DNA from: Nitrospirota bacterium
Lineage (GTDB): Bacteria; Nitrospirota; Thermodesulfovibrionia; Thermodesulfovibrionales; Dissulfurispiraceae
Direction of reading: 5' to 3'
Assembly (NCBI GenBank): GCA_963710375.1
Contig: CAVPZX010000005.1
Coordinates: forward strand, 1-64,000
Length of the DNA stretch: 64,000 bases
Shown here: piece after piece, positions 20,020-31,362 of the stretch
Layout of the letters: each line of letters begins with the position of its first letter
Position numbering within the stretch: position 1 is the first letter of the stretch
Program-made: the position numbers and the translations under genes
The notes under the pieces: model-generated
The model's input: only the letters and a program-made list of their open reading frames with translations
Database searches by the model: none
What the model was told of the DNA's origin: nothing

Positions 20020-21209
20020 TGGACATGGCAATCCAACAGAATAGCATAAAACTGGTCTCTTATATACCTCACGGAGCATTGCCGGATATCAGGGGCTTTG
20101 CGCCTTCTATCGCAGCGTATAATTTAATGAAGAATTTTAAACTGATATCCGCCGTTACAATATGTAACCGGGAAACATATAAAAAACATTATGAGGTTGA
20201 CTCCGAAATAGGCCCGATTTACAGGATAAAAGAGGGAAGGATATACACGAGGTTATTCAGAAAAATTACGAGATTGGATCCTTACCCGCTCTATGCCAGA
20301 GCTGCAAAAATCGTAGACAGGATTTCACCCGATATTTTTCACGCCCACCAGGTCGAGTTCCCTGTTCACGATTTTCTAAAAAAAATAACCAGCCCGATCC
20401 CTGTGATGATCCATGCGCACGTAACAAACAGAACGTTTAGTTATAAATTGGGAGTCGCGGACCGGTATATTGCTGTGTCAAATTACGTAAAAGAACAGTT
20501 AGCCCAAAAAGGTTATCCTGAAGATAGAATTGCAGTGATACACAACGGCGTGGACACCACCCTGTTTAAGCCGGCCCAGGCCATGGAAAAAGCATCAATC
20601 AAGAGGTCCCTGCGCATACCGGAAGAAGCATTTGTCGTTTCATTTATCGGCAGGATGCAGGAGGTGAAAGGGTTTCATATGTTTTTACAGGCAGCCGAAA
20701 TCCTTCTTTCAAAATACCCCTGTGTTTATGTGTTGGTCACAGGATCTGAACCGGACAGCTCCAAAAGAGAGAAAAGCTACGGTTTACGGATGGATGCCAG
20801 GATGAGGTTGCGTGCAGGTTATGAAGACCGGTACAGGGAATTTTCGAGCCTTCCGCACTTGGAACTGTCGAATATATATAAAATTACCGATGTCTCGCTC
20901 CTTCCGTCTTTGGCCGAGCCTCAGGGAATGGTTATGATCGAATCGATGGCAAGCGGCTGCATCACGGTTTCTTCAAATTTGGGAGGGATCAAGGAGTCGG
21001 TTTCCAATGGAACAACCGGGTTCCTTCTTGACGACCCGAATAATGCTGATGAGGGCGTGCAATTGATTGAAGAGATGGTGCTTCATAGTGAGAAGTATGA
21101 AAAAATTAAACATAGTGCAAGGGAATTTGCGGTGAACAATTTTGACTGGACGATCTCTGCCGGGAAATTGGAGAAATTATGTCTGGCAGTTATCAATGAA
21201 GCACAATGA
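20019..21209 (+). CDS. Glycosyltransferase family 4
   Basis: HNGVDT, FIGRMQEVKG, EPQGMVMIESMASG. Confidence 0.88.
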   Translation: MDMAIQQNSIKLVSYIPHGALPDIRGFAPSIAAYNLMKNFKLISAVTICNRETYKKHYEVDSEIGPIYRIKEGRIYTRLFRKITRLDPYPLYARAAKIVDRISPDIFHAHQVEFPVHDFLKKITSPIPVMIHAHVTNRTFSYKLGVADRYIAVSNYVKEQLAQKGYPEDRIAVIHNGVDTTLFKPAQAMEKASIKRSLRIPEEAFVVSFIGRMQEVKGFHMFLQAAEILLSKYPCVYVLVTGSEPDSSKREKSYGLRMDARMRLRAGYEDRYREFSSLPHLELSNIYKITDVSLLPSLAEPQGMVMIESMASGCITVSSNLGGIKESVSNGTTGFLLDDPNNADEGVQLIEEMVLHSEKYEKIKHSAREFAVNNFDWTISAGKLEKLCLAVINEAQ

Positions 21210-21295
21210 GGCAAGTTGGGTATATAATAAACGCTGCTTCTTTGCACTGAATGAAAGGGAATATAATGTCTATGGCTATGTCCGGAGGTCAATAA

Positions 21296-22648
21296 ATGCG
21301 TAATCGCCTTATAACAAATGCCGGATTCCTGCTTCTGGGTTTATTGTTCTTTATCTGGCCGGTCCCGGGTACTATTTCCATCAGGGATATCTCCATATTT
21401 TTGGTGTTCATTATATTCCTGTACAGCGCTTTCAGTACCAGACCGCTTTTCCCCAAAACAAAGGAACTCGCACTTCCTTTTGTAATATTGGCCTTACTTA
21501 CAATATGGATCCTTTTAGAGGCGGTCTTCATCTCAAAAGAAACGGTATGGTCTCTCAGGGAGATAACAGGCCAGTGGCTAATGGCGCTTCTGGTTTTCGT
21601 TACCGCTGCCCTAGCCGCTGTCACAGTTCAAAAGGGGGCCTTTTTTAAGGGCTGGAATATTATGACAATGTTTTTTTTCATACTCCTGGCACATATACTG
21701 TATATTGATCTTTACGCGATATATATGTTTGCCAGGACATCTGTTTTACCCGCATTTGTAGCAGGGATGACAGGCGGAAAGGATAAAAGCAGCTACCTGT
21801 CACATTTCCTGCTCATGATACTTTGTGTCGAGATTTATTTCAGGACCCGGCAAAAGAAAGGATGCCTGGCCATCAATAACAGCATGCTATGTCTAGCATT
21901 GTTGCTGACGCTTATCAGCATTTATCTTGAAGGTGTAAGAAACGGTACTGTTTTAGCCGTGCTGCTTTTATTTGCGTTTATACTGTTATATTTCTTAAAA
22001 AGCGACCGCAGCCTGGGAAAGATGGCCCTTATTTCTTCTGCCGTTGTGCTTCTTCTTCTATATGGATATGCAAGTTCTATAAGTCCCCATTCAGAACAGC
22101 GGCGTCGATGGAAAACCTTTCTTGAAACAGTGCCGCTTGCCATGGACACCCAGAACAACAAGGCATGGCTAAACCCCAACAAATATCCATATCCAAAACT
22201 GAAAAGCGGTGAAGCTGTCCATGGGTCTAATTACGAGAGAATTGCCTGGATCAAGGAGGGAGTCGTATTGGTCATCGAAAACCCTCTCGGAGTGGGATTC
22301 GGGAGGAATGCCTTTGGACACGCGGTAAAGAGAAAATACCCTGCTGAAGACGTATTAGCGGCCCATAGCCATAGCGGAATCGTGGATTTTGCAGTCGGGA
22401 CAGGTATACCCGGTCTTTTATTTTGGGTGCTGTTCATAGGATGCCTGATGCTGCGTTCCATAGAAAAGTTCCGCAGCCAGGAAAGTTATTATGGGCTTCT
22501 GCTTTTCTTTATTACAGCAGATTTCACCATGAGGTCGCTCGTTGACAGTGTACTTAGAGATCACATGCTGCAAATGTTCATGTTCTTTGCCGGTTTGCTT
22601 TATGTCCTTATGTTGAGGGCCAACGAGAAAGAGGAAGTGGTAATATAA
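21296..22648 (+). CDS. O-antigen ligase (WaaL/Wzy_C family) membrane protein
   Basis: Multiple TM helices; SNYERIAW..NPLGVGFGR..HSHSG..G.PG. Confidence 0.8.
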   Translation: MRNRLITNAGFLLLGLLFFIWPVPGTISIRDISIFLVFIIFLYSAFSTRPLFPKTKELALPFVILALLTIWILLEAVFISKETVWSLREITGQWLMALLVFVTAALAAVTVQKGAFFKGWNIMTMFFFILLAHILYIDLYAIYMFARTSVLPAFVAGMTGGKDKSSYLSHFLLMILCVEIYFRTRQKKGCLAINNSMLCLALLLTLISIYLEGVRNGTVLAVLLLFAFILLYFLKSDRSLGKMALISSAVVLLLLYGYASSISPHSEQRRRWKTFLETVPLAMDTQNNKAWLNPNKYPYPKLKSGEAVHGSNYERIAWIKEGVVLVIENPLGVGFGRNAFGHAVKRKYPAEDVLAAHSHSGIVDFAVGTGIPGLLFWVLFIGCLMLRSIEKFRSQESYYGLLLFFITADFTMRSLVDSVLRDHMLQMFMFFAGLLYVLMLRANEKEEVVI

Positions 22649-22651
22649 TCT

Positions 22652-24424
22652 ATGGTTATGTCTGTAGAGAAGATTTTCAGGACCCGGGCCTCCGGCAGTT
22701 GGAAGGACGATATCGTCATTTTCTGGCTTTTGTCCAAACCCTATGTTACAAGACTGGCAGCAGCCATGGCGTGCAGTTTAATCCTTTCGGGTATAAACGG
22801 CGCCATTGCGTGGAGCACAAAGTCTGCGGTTAACGATATTTTAATCATGAAAAAAGCCTCATACCTTTACATCCTGCCGATAGGGGTCCTCGTACTGTTT
22901 GCGCTGAGAGGTCTCTTTTCATACTGCAACAACTACCTTATGGCGTCGATCGGAGCGAAGATCGTAAGGATAGTGAGACGTGAGGTCTATGACAAGATAC
23001 TTTCACTGCCCATTGCCTTTCATGCGCGGACTTCCAGCGGAGTCATTGTTTCCAAAATCCTCAACGACATAGGCCTTCTGCAGGGCACTATGGGCACCAT
23101 AAAAGATTTTTCTGTCGAGATATGCACCGTTGTTGTTCTTGCCGGCGTTGCTGTCTCCCGGAAATGGGACCTCGCCCTTCTATCTTTTATCGTAGTGCCC
23201 CTGATCGTATACAGCATAGGCAATCTAGGTTCAAGGATGAGAAGCACGACGATGACTTCCCGATTGATAATGGCCAGAATTACGACCATTCTCAACGAGA
23301 GCCTTCAGGGTATCAAGATCATCAAGGCCTTCACTATGGAGCGGGAGTTGAAGGCAAAGAACGATCAGGAGCTTGGAGATTTTTACCGCAACTCGATGAG
23401 GGAGACGCGCATTAATGAAGCATCCTACATCATTGCCGAGGCCTTGGGAGGACTTGGAATAGCTATCATTATGTACTACGGTTTCAGTCTGGTTCTTTCG
23501 AATAAGATCACTCCGGGAGACTTTGTCTCCTTTCTCGCTGCCATAGGGTTGATGTTTACCCCTCTCAAGCGGCTGAGCCGGGTCCATAACAACTTCCAGC
23601 AGGGCCGCACCGCTATCGAGAGGATCAGGGAGATCGTTTCTGCCGAACCTGAAAAACAGGGCGGTGAAGATATAGATGTAAAAGGCGAAATTGTTTTCGA
23701 CAATGTTTCCTTCAGATATCCGTCGTCCAACAACGACGCGCTGCGCGGCCTTGATCTGCATGTAAGACCCGGCGAGATCGTTGCCCTCGTGGGGTACAGC
23801 GGCGCTGGAAAGAGCACGCTCGTAGACCTCGTCGCAGGTTTTTGGTATCCGACAGGAGGGAGGCTAAATATAGACGGCAGGGATATAAGGGGCCTCTCCC
23901 TCAAATCTCTCAGAAGCCATATAGGCTCCGTCACACAGGACATTGTCCTTTTTGACGATACAGTAAAGGCAAATATACTATTCGGACGGCCGGGTGCTGC
24001 TGATGAAGAAGTGATCGAGGCTGCCAAGGCAGCCTTTGCCCATGAATTCATTATGGAACTGCCCCATGGCTATGAAACCATGATAGGCGAGCGTGGAGTG
24101 AGATTATCCGGGGGCCAGAAGCAGAGGATCACCATTGCCCGGGCTATAATTAGAAACCCCTCGATCCTGATCCTGGATGAGGCCACCTCATCTCTCGATA
24201 CCGAATCAGAGCATCAGGTGCAGAAAGCGCTGGAAAAGTTAATGTCAGGCAGAACAACAATTGTTATAGCACACCGGCTCTCGACAGTTCAGAAAGCGAC
24301 ACGGATCGCTGTGGTGAGCAGCGGCAGGATCATCCAGGAAGGCACTCACGCAGAACTGCTCGCACGGGGCGGTCTGTACCAGGAGCTTTACAGTATGCAG
24401 TTCATGAGCTTGGAATCGGCCTAA
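22652..24424 (+). CDS. msbA: MsbA-like lipid A-core ABC exporter
   Basis: TM domain + GYSGAGKST, LSGGQKQR, LILDEATS, IAHRLST; located in the LPS cluster. Confidence 0.8.
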   Translation: MVMSVEKIFRTRASGSWKDDIVIFWLLSKPYVTRLAAAMACSLILSGINGAIAWSTKSAVNDILIMKKASYLYILPIGVLVLFALRGLFSYCNNYLMASIGAKIVRIVRREVYDKILSLPIAFHARTSSGVIVSKILNDIGLLQGTMGTIKDFSVEICTVVVLAGVAVSRKWDLALLSFIVVPLIVYSIGNLGSRMRSTTMTSRLIMARITTILNESLQGIKIIKAFTMERELKAKNDQELGDFYRNSMRETRINEASYIIAEALGGLGIAIIMYYGFSLVLSNKITPGDFVSFLAAIGLMFTPLKRLSRVHNNFQQGRTAIERIREIVSAEPEKQGGEDIDVKGEIVFDNVSFRYPSSNNDALRGLDLHVRPGEIVALVGYSGAGKSTLVDLVAGFWYPTGGRLNIDGRDIRGLSLKSLRSHIGSVTQDIVLFDDTVKANILFGRPGAADEEVIEAAKAAFAHEFIMELPHGYETMIGERGVRLSGGQKQRITIARAIIRNPSILILDEATSSLDTESEHQVQKALEKLMSGRTTIVIAHRLSTVQKATRIAVVSSGRIIQEGTHAELLARGGLYQELYSMQFMSLESA

Positions 24425-25462
24425 ATGTGGAAGTTATTGCTGCAAGGCCGGGTAAAAAGAAACCTGCACAGAAATTCTCCCTTAACGCCGGATGATATAA
24501 AAAATTCCTCAACCATACTTTTCTCTGTCTTCTCCCGTTACGGAGACAGCATTATCGCTTTCAGGGCTATAAGCGAGTTCATGAACCTCAATGACGGGAA
24601 GTCCTTTATTCTGGTCACCTCTCCACAGATGGTCCCGTATGCCCGGAGAATCATTAATGGCAAAATGGAATTGTACGGAGTAAACAAGAGAAAAAATCCC
24701 ATCAAGTTTCTGGCTATAGCCAACATGCTGCGCAGGCGGGATGTCGATATAGGTCTCAACCCCTGGAGCCATGGTGATGATTCAAAATTCTTTATAACGT
24801 TTGCTGATAAATTTTCGGTCTTCGGAGCCTTTATCACTCACTCAAAGGAACATAACCTATACGAAAGGGTACGGGAGTACCTTTTGCTGGAAGCTGAGGC
24901 GTTTGCCGTTGCAAAGCCTGATCTTCGTGCTGCCTCTAAGATACTTCTCTCACCATTCTCAACAGATGTCACAAAAAGCCTTAGCGGCAGCGATGTCGAG
25001 GCCCTCATCGGCCGAATCAGGCAGCGCTTCCCCGGCGCAAAAATAACCTTAGCCATGGAAGAGAAAGAGCGCGGCAGCTTTAGGGCTGATACTGATGTAT
25101 TTATTTTCGGAAAAAGCCTGAAAAGGTCAGAAGCATTTCTCAGGCTACTGGAATCCTCTGACCTTTTCATAGGTGTTGACGCAGGCCCATTGCATCTTGC
25201 TGATGCCTTGGGGGTCAGTGCTGTCGGAATTTTTGGCCCAACGGCCCCGGAAACTATTTTGGACAGGAACAGCGCAATCCTTCCTGTCCGTCATTCATGC
25301 CTGGACGGCACATTCTGTTTTGTGAGACAATGTAAAAAGCCTCTTTGCATACAGGAGCTTTTCAGGGCCGATTTTTTACGACACATTAAGCAAACGGAAT
25401 TCGACAGAAAAATCCGGCTTGAGACAGAAGTATGTACTTTCTTAGGGGCTGGAAATAAATGA
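24425..25462 (+). CDS. Glycosyltransferase family 9
   Basis: RYGDSII, GVDAGPLHLADALG..FGPT. Confidence 0.82.
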   Translation: MWKLLLQGRVKRNLHRNSPLTPDDIKNSSTILFSVFSRYGDSIIAFRAISEFMNLNDGKSFILVTSPQMVPYARRIINGKMELYGVNKRKNPIKFLAIANMLRRRDVDIGLNPWSHGDDSKFFITFADKFSVFGAFITHSKEHNLYERVREYLLLEAEAFAVAKPDLRAASKILLSPFSTDVTKSLSGSDVEALIGRIRQRFPGAKITLAMEEKERGSFRADTDVFIFGKSLKRSEAFLRLLESSDLFIGVDAGPLHLADALGVSAVGIFGPTAPETILDRNSAILPVRHSCLDGTFCFVRQCKKPLCIQELFRADFLRHIKQTEFDRKIRLETEVCTFLGAGNK

Positions 25463-25471
25463 CCTGCGCGT

Positions 25472-26830
25472 TCAGATGTCAGCTGCCGGTAACAATATCC
25501 GAAAGCTTGTCCCTTTGCCTGGTGTGCTTTTCACAGTTATCTCTCCATCCATGATATCGACAAGTTCCTTTACAATGGCTAAACCAAGACCGAGGCCGTC
25601 AACACCAGTGTCCCCGGACCGGTAAAACCTGTCGAATACATGAGGCAAATCATTCTCTTGTATCCCCTTGCCGGAGTCCGATACTTCAACAAAAAATCTG
25701 CCGCCGTCTGTTCCATAATCGATGAAGACTCCACCCTTATCAGTGAATTTCAAGGCGTTGGAAAGAATGTTTCTCAGTATCCTTTCGAGCTTCTCAACGT
25801 CCGCGGACACTACAAGATCGCTTTTCTCCATAATGTTGATGACTAACCCCCGCTCTTGAAACAAGGGCCTCAGGCCGTTTGCGATACCGGAAAGAAATTC
25901 CTTCAAATTTATATCTACTTCTTCTCCTTTGGTAAAGAAGCTGGCCTCCGCAGCAGTTATATCTTCGATGCCCTTGACGAGAGTTATAAGTCGTTCGATT
26001 TCACTAGTTATATTGTCGAGCCCTTTCGATGTATCCGTCACTATGCCATCAGCCATAGCTTCAACGTGGGTCTTCATGATTGTCAGGGGCGTCCTCAGTT
26101 CATGGGCTATGTTCGACATGAGCCGCTTTCTCAGGGTCTCTTCTTTCTGGAGGGACGCCGCCATTTTATTAAAAGTCTTTGCAAGATCTCCGACTTCGTC
26201 GGTAGATTCTGCTGATATCCTGACACCAAAATCACCTGATGCAATCTTTTCGGATGCCTTTTTGAGCAGCCTGACAGGCTTTGATAGGTACTGAGTAAGC
26301 ATGAGGCCTATAAAAAGAGACCCGGCTCCGGCTATGAGAAGATAAGTATACAGGAAATGCCTAACCCTGGTCTCGAATATAGCCTCTTTTTCCGCCAGTG
26401 TTTTTTTCTGAAACGAACGGGCGAGCAGAGTGCCTATCTTAGAGCCGTTTGAAATAATAGGAAACTCATCGTATTTGCGGGCAGTATCCATATCAACATG
26501 GAATAGTTCTTCCATGCGGCGCTTCATCGCCGGGGGAAGCGATTCCATAACGTGATGAGAGTGTATGATTTCCATGTTTTGCATGTCGAGGATTTTGATA
26601 TCGAGGCCCATCATCATGGCCCAATGTACAGACTCGGAAAGTATTTGTTCATCCCACTTCCCGTCTTTGTAACCCCCCTCTACAGAAGCGATGATCCAGT
26701 ATATCTGGTCTTCCTTCACACCATGTACGTAACTATCAAAATCCTTCAGGATTAAAAATGCGAAAACTATGGTTGAAACAAGGGTTGCAAATACTATAAC
26801 GACAAAAGCGAGGAACAGCTTTGTTCTCAT
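25472..26830 (-). CDS. HAMP-domain sensor histidine kinase (BaeS-like)
   Basis: 2 TM, HAMP, AHELRTPL, NALKF, DSGKGI, GLGLGL. Confidence 0.92.
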   Translation of the reverse strand: MRTKLFLAFVVIVFATLVSTIVFAFLILKDFDSYVHGVKEDQIYWIIASVEGGYKDGKWDEQILSESVHWAMMMGLDIKILDMQNMEIIHSHHVMESLPPAMKRRMEELFHVDMDTARKYDEFPIISNGSKIGTLLARSFQKKTLAEKEAIFETRVRHFLYTYLLIAGAGSLFIGLMLTQYLSKPVRLLKKASEKIASGDFGVRISAESTDEVGDLAKTFNKMAASLQKEETLRKRLMSNIAHELRTPLTIMKTHVEAMADGIVTDTSKGLDNITSEIERLITLVKGIEDITAAEASFFTKGEEVDINLKEFLSGIANGLRPLFQERGLVINIMEKSDLVVSADVEKLERILRNILSNALKFTDKGGVFIDYGTDGGRFFVEVSDSGKGIQENDLPHVFDRFYRSGDTGVDGLGLGLAIVKELVDIMDGEITVKSTPGKGTSFRILLPAADI

Positions 26831-27519
26831 CAGTCAGGGTTCCCTATGAATTTGTATCCAACGCCGTATACAGTCTCTATAAACCTTGTTTTTCGCGGAC
26901 CGCCTTCAACTTTACGCCTGATGTTCTTGATGTGGACATCAACAACCCTGTCGAAACCGTCGAAATCAATGCCCTGCACAATATTAATCAATTGCAGCCG
27001 GCTGAATATGGAATTCGGCCTTTCGGCAAGGTTCAAAAGGATCCTGAACTCGGTGTTTGTCAGCGCAACTCTATGGCCGTTCTTCCTGACCTCTCGTGAA
27101 AGCGTATCTATAATCAACGAGCCATTGTTAAAGGAAAGGTCTTTTTTCTCGTCTTTTCTTGAGCGCCTTAAATGGGCCTTTACCCGCGCTACCAGTTCCC
27201 TGGCGCTAAAAGGTTTCACCACATAATCGTCCGCACCGATGCTTAGCCCCTTGACCCTGTCCTCTTCAGAACTCTTGGCAGTAAGCATAATGACAGGGAT
27301 ATCGGTGACATCCCTGATAGATTTGCAGACGTCTTCGCCGTCGATGTCCGGAAGCTTGAGGTCAAGAATGACAAGGTCAACCCCGCTACGTATCTCCCTA
27401 ATGGCCGCCTCGCCGGTTTCGACGGCAGTCACCTCGAAGCCTTCGCGTTCAAGGTAGGACTTGACAATACCGGCTATTTTTTTTTCGTCCTCGACAATCA
27501 GTATCTTCCCGCTCTCCAT
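26830..27519 (-). CDS. OmpR-family response regulator
   Basis: ILIVEDE, LDLKLP, GADDYVVKPF, VDVHIKNIRRK, ETVYGVGY. Confidence 0.93.
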   Translation of the reverse strand: MESGKILIVEDEKKIAGIVKSYLEREGFEVTAVETGEAAIREIRSGVDLVILDLKLPDIDGEDVCKSIRDVTDIPVIMLTAKSSEEDRVKGLSIGADDYVVKPFSARELVARVKAHLRRSRKDEKKDLSFNNGSLIIDTLSREVRKNGHRVALTNTEFRILLNLAERPNSIFSRLQLINIVQGIDFDGFDRVVDVHIKNIRRKVEGGPRKTRFIETVYGVGYKFIGNPD

Positions 27520-27772
27520 GTGTTTATATTATATCAGTCGATGGATTATTTCCTGAAAGAGAGACTTCTTAATTATGATAAATGGCCGGCGAGCGGAAAG
27601 ATTTCATTTTCTTCAAAAGTGATCCCCGTCGGTGAATCCTTACAGGTGTTCTATTGTATAATCAACCAATAGTTTTTTTTGCAAATATTCAGCGGTAAGC
27701 CTGCGGTGGCATTTTTCAGCTCTCTTTTCACTGCAGAGCAGAACCGTAGGACCTTTGAGATCTTCCTGACCT

Positions 27773-29647
27773 TTACTCTTTTTTACTTTCGGGCGTTGTT
27801 TCCGACGGGCAAATCCTTACAGGTTCGTTTGTGCAATAGGGATATTTCACAGTCTCGCATTCCCAGAAAACCGTGCTGGGGCATTTCTCCCGGCAGTAAA
27901 AGTAGTCAATCCGGTTAAAGAGCCGCGTTATAGATTCGGCCTTTGACCTGAACCAATGATCCTGTTCAAAGATACCCTTGATCCCGGACCTCTCCAGAAC
28001 CTCGGCTACCGGGGTCCTGACATTGGCGAGATAGACTTCAACCCCTTTCTTTCTCAGATCCAGGACGAGCATTTTCAACTCGTCAACACCAGTTGTGTCG
28101 ATCTTATTGACCATCTCCATATCAAGCAGGATGTACTTCAGATGCTCCTTGAACTGTTCGGCCTTTTTTAGTATGGCATGTCGAAAGAATTCTGCATTTG
28201 CGAAATAGATCGAAAAATCCGTCATTAGGTAGATGATTTGGGGACAGACCGGCAGATTCTTCAACTCTGCATTCACGAATATCTCGGATCGCGGGTCGCG
28301 GGTGAGCAGGATGATACGAGGACTCATGGATTCCCACAGGAACAGCAGGAGCGAGATGGTTATGCCAATGAATATTGCGTAGTCTGGTTTTGTGATTATG
28401 GCGAAAGAAAAGGTGATGAGGGCGATAATGCCGTCATTTTTATTAGCCTTGAGAAGCTTGACGAACTGGCTTTGGTGCACCAGGCCGATAACCGCCGATA
28501 TAACTATGGCGGCGAGTGTCGCCTTGGGGAGATTATGGAAAGCCGAAGTAAAAAAGACCAGGGCGACGATTACGATACACCCTGCAATTACATTAGACAG
28601 TGATGTTCTGCCACCTGCCTGCAAATTCACGGCGCTACTCGAAAAAGAGCCGCTCACCGGGTAGGCGTTAAAAAAAGCGCCCGAAAGATTGGCTGCACCC
28701 TGGCCGATCAATTCCTGGTTGACATCCAAGGGCTGTTTTGTCTTTTCAGAAATCGTCTTTGTGATGGCCATTGCCTCCATGAAACCTATGACGGCTATGA
28801 CAATACCGGGCCCGATGAGCTGGAAAATCGTGTCGAGATTTGTGGCTGCCGAGATCAATGAGTGTATGTCCGTCCGCCCTGGCGGAAGCATCGGCCGCAT
28901 ATAACGCAAAAACGGCACGTCGAAAGAGGGCAGACCCGAAGGCATATCTCCGACTGTCGCGACCCCATACTGATTAATATTCAAAAAAGAGCTCATAAGG
29001 GTCGTAACAACGATGGCTATCATCGTGACCGGCAGCTTACTGTTAACGCGCCTGCCTCCAAATATGATGACGAGCGAGAGAAGTCCTATGGCGAGAGTGA
29101 AGATGTTTGTGTGCGAGACATTCCTTGCAATATCTATGAAGATCGGGAATATAAACTCGCTGTCTCTGACATGTATTCCCAACAGGTGCCTGATCTGGGT
29201 CGTGGCGATTATGATTGCGCCTGCGTTGGTGAAGCCGATGATAACCGGGTGAGATACGAACCTCATTATGAAGCCGAGCCTGAGCACTCCCATCAAGAGC
29301 TGGAATGTCCCCACAATAGCCGACAAATTGATTGCGATGATTATAAATTCGGGCGAACCCCGCTGTGCAAAGGGCAGCACCGACGCAAATGTGAGCAAGC
29401 TCACAATGGCAACCGGCCCGGTTGCGAGCTGGCTTGAACGTCCCCACAGGGCTCCGACAATGGCCGGAATGCTCGCGCCATATAGCCCATATATCGGCGG
29501 CAGTCCCGCTATCATGGCATTGGACATGGACTGAGGTATGAGGACAGCGGCAACGGTAATCCCGCAAATGAAGTCCTGGGGAAGATCCTCCTTCCTGTAC
29601 TGCCTGAGCCAAGTCAGAAAAGGGAAAAAATTATTAATCCGTCCCAA
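27773..29647 (-). CDS. SulP-family anion transporter with STAS domain
   Basis: GITVAAVLIPQSM..AGLPPIYGLY, NQELIGQG, C-terminal STAS (IDTTG). Confidence 0.92.
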   Translation of the reverse strand: MGRINNFFPFLTWLRQYRKEDLPQDFICGITVAAVLIPQSMSNAMIAGLPPIYGLYGASIPAIVGALWGRSSQLATGPVAIVSLLTFASVLPFAQRGSPEFIIIAINLSAIVGTFQLLMGVLRLGFIMRFVSHPVIIGFTNAGAIIIATTQIRHLLGIHVRDSEFIFPIFIDIARNVSHTNIFTLAIGLLSLVIIFGGRRVNSKLPVTMIAIVVTTLMSSFLNINQYGVATVGDMPSGLPSFDVPFLRYMRPMLPPGRTDIHSLISAATNLDTIFQLIGPGIVIAVIGFMEAMAITKTISEKTKQPLDVNQELIGQGAANLSGAFFNAYPVSGSFSSSAVNLQAGGRTSLSNVIAGCIVIVALVFFTSAFHNLPKATLAAIVISAVIGLVHQSQFVKLLKANKNDGIIALITFSFAIITKPDYAIFIGITISLLLFLWESMSPRIILLTRDPRSEIFVNAELKNLPVCPQIIYLMTDFSIYFANAEFFRHAILKKAEQFKEHLKYILLDMEMVNKIDTTGVDELKMLVLDLRKKGVEVYLANVRTPVAEVLERSGIKGIFEQDHWFRSKAESITRLFNRIDYFYCREKCPSTVFWECETVKYPYCTNEPVRICPSETTPESKKE

Positions 29648-29723
29648 ATAACAGGTTCCTTGAATGTTTTTCCATTGCTTCGTTCTCCGCGATTCTATAG
29701 AGAAAAAATTAGGTCTTCAGAGC

Positions 29724-31156
29724 TTAGTGCTCTGCGCTTGACGCCTGAAGCTTTTTGTAAATCGGCAATTCTATAGTAAAGGTGGTGCCGACACCTACCT
29801 TGCTTTCCACCCTGATCTCGCCGTTGTGGCTCTTGATAATTCCGTGGCTGACCGAAAGCCCGAGCCCTGTCCCCCCCTCTCCTTTGGTACAGAAGAACGG
29901 GTCGAATACGTAGGCAGGAATTCACGAGGGATGCCCTGTCCGGTGTCCATGACCTGGATCTCCACGGAATCCCCGCTTTTCCCAAGCCTTGTTGCCAAAA
30001 AGAGCGACTTGCCCGCCTGCATTGATTGTATCGCATTGGTAATAAGGTTCACCATGACCTGCATTATCTGGTCCTCATCGATCAAGACATGGGGGAGGTC
30101 CGGGACGAGGTTCAATTTAGTATCGATATTGGAGATGTCGAGCATGTTTTGCATCAGCTTGAGCGTCTTTTGCATTACTGTATTGATGTCGGTCTCTTTC
30201 AGGTGGGCCTCTTTTGGTTTTGAGAAGTCGATTAAGTTTTTTATAATTGCCATTATCCTTTCGGTCTCCTTCTCCACATTGTCCATGCATTCAATTATCT
30301 GAGCCTTGCCCAGATTATCATACATTTCAGTAAAGGTCTGCGCTATCATGGAAATGTTATTCAGGGGGTTTGTCAATTCATGTGCCACACCGGCAGTTAG
30401 TATCCCAAGGGATGCAAGCTTTTTGGACTGTACTAGAGCATCTTCACGGTTCATCAGTTCCTCGGACATTGAATTGATCGCCGCCATGACCGAGCCGAAT
30501 TCATCATCCGGAATTGCACCCTCGATTCTCTTGAAATTGCCCTTGGATATCGATTTTGCAAGCTTCTCTATTTCCCGCAATGATAGCAGAATCTTCCGAG
30601 ATATAAAATGGCTCATTGTAACAGCGCATATGAGTATCGCAAAGAATGAGTACAAAAGTATGAACTTCGAGCGTGATATAATGTCATTTACAGCATTCCT
30701 CTCAAGACTGGTAATGCTCTTGGAAAATTCACGCAGCATTTTACCTTCCGCACCTAATTTCGAGTTCAGATCGGTATCCCAGTGAGGATTTTGCCGGACT
30801 TTATTGACAATATCAGAATATTGTTTCAAATGCGATTTAAGTAATACATACTTGTTCTCACCAATAGAACGGATAATGTCTTTGCTGGCAATATCCAGCG
30901 ATTGCTCAGCCTCCTGTATCTTATCTTGAATATCGATAAGAAGATCTCGATTTTGATTGATAAAATAGTTTTTCTCTGTAAGCCGCATTTCGAGAAAAGT
31001 AGCATTCAGATCATCAGCTATTTCAACAAATCTCAGCTTCGTTTGCATGAGATTGAGCTTCTCCAATGCAAAAAAGCCTATCAGCAATATCAGTCCTATA
31101 TTGACTACATTGGAAAGTATAATTTTATTTTCTATCTTCATAATTTTAAAAAACAA
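29724..31156 (-). pseudogene. Sensor histidine kinase with 1-bp frameshift near 29910
   Basis: AHELTNPL, NLITNA, DTGQGI in frame. After EFLP, the shifted frame reads [34 protein letters not shown] ending at 29724. Confidence 0.85.
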
Positions 31157-31362
31157 ATTATAGGTAATGTGCTATAGGTAATAGGTTCTTGATTTTTTTC
31201 TATCATCTGTCGGGTCGAAGTTGTCCTGTCCTTTCGTTGAGGCAGGCAGGTCCCTTTCTGCATAATTGTAAGCAGCAGCCTTTTTCTCTGTCAAGGATAT
31301 TAAGAAAACTGTAGTCATTGCCGCACAGTTCTCAAACTGGGAATTTTAGAAGGACTCCGCTT

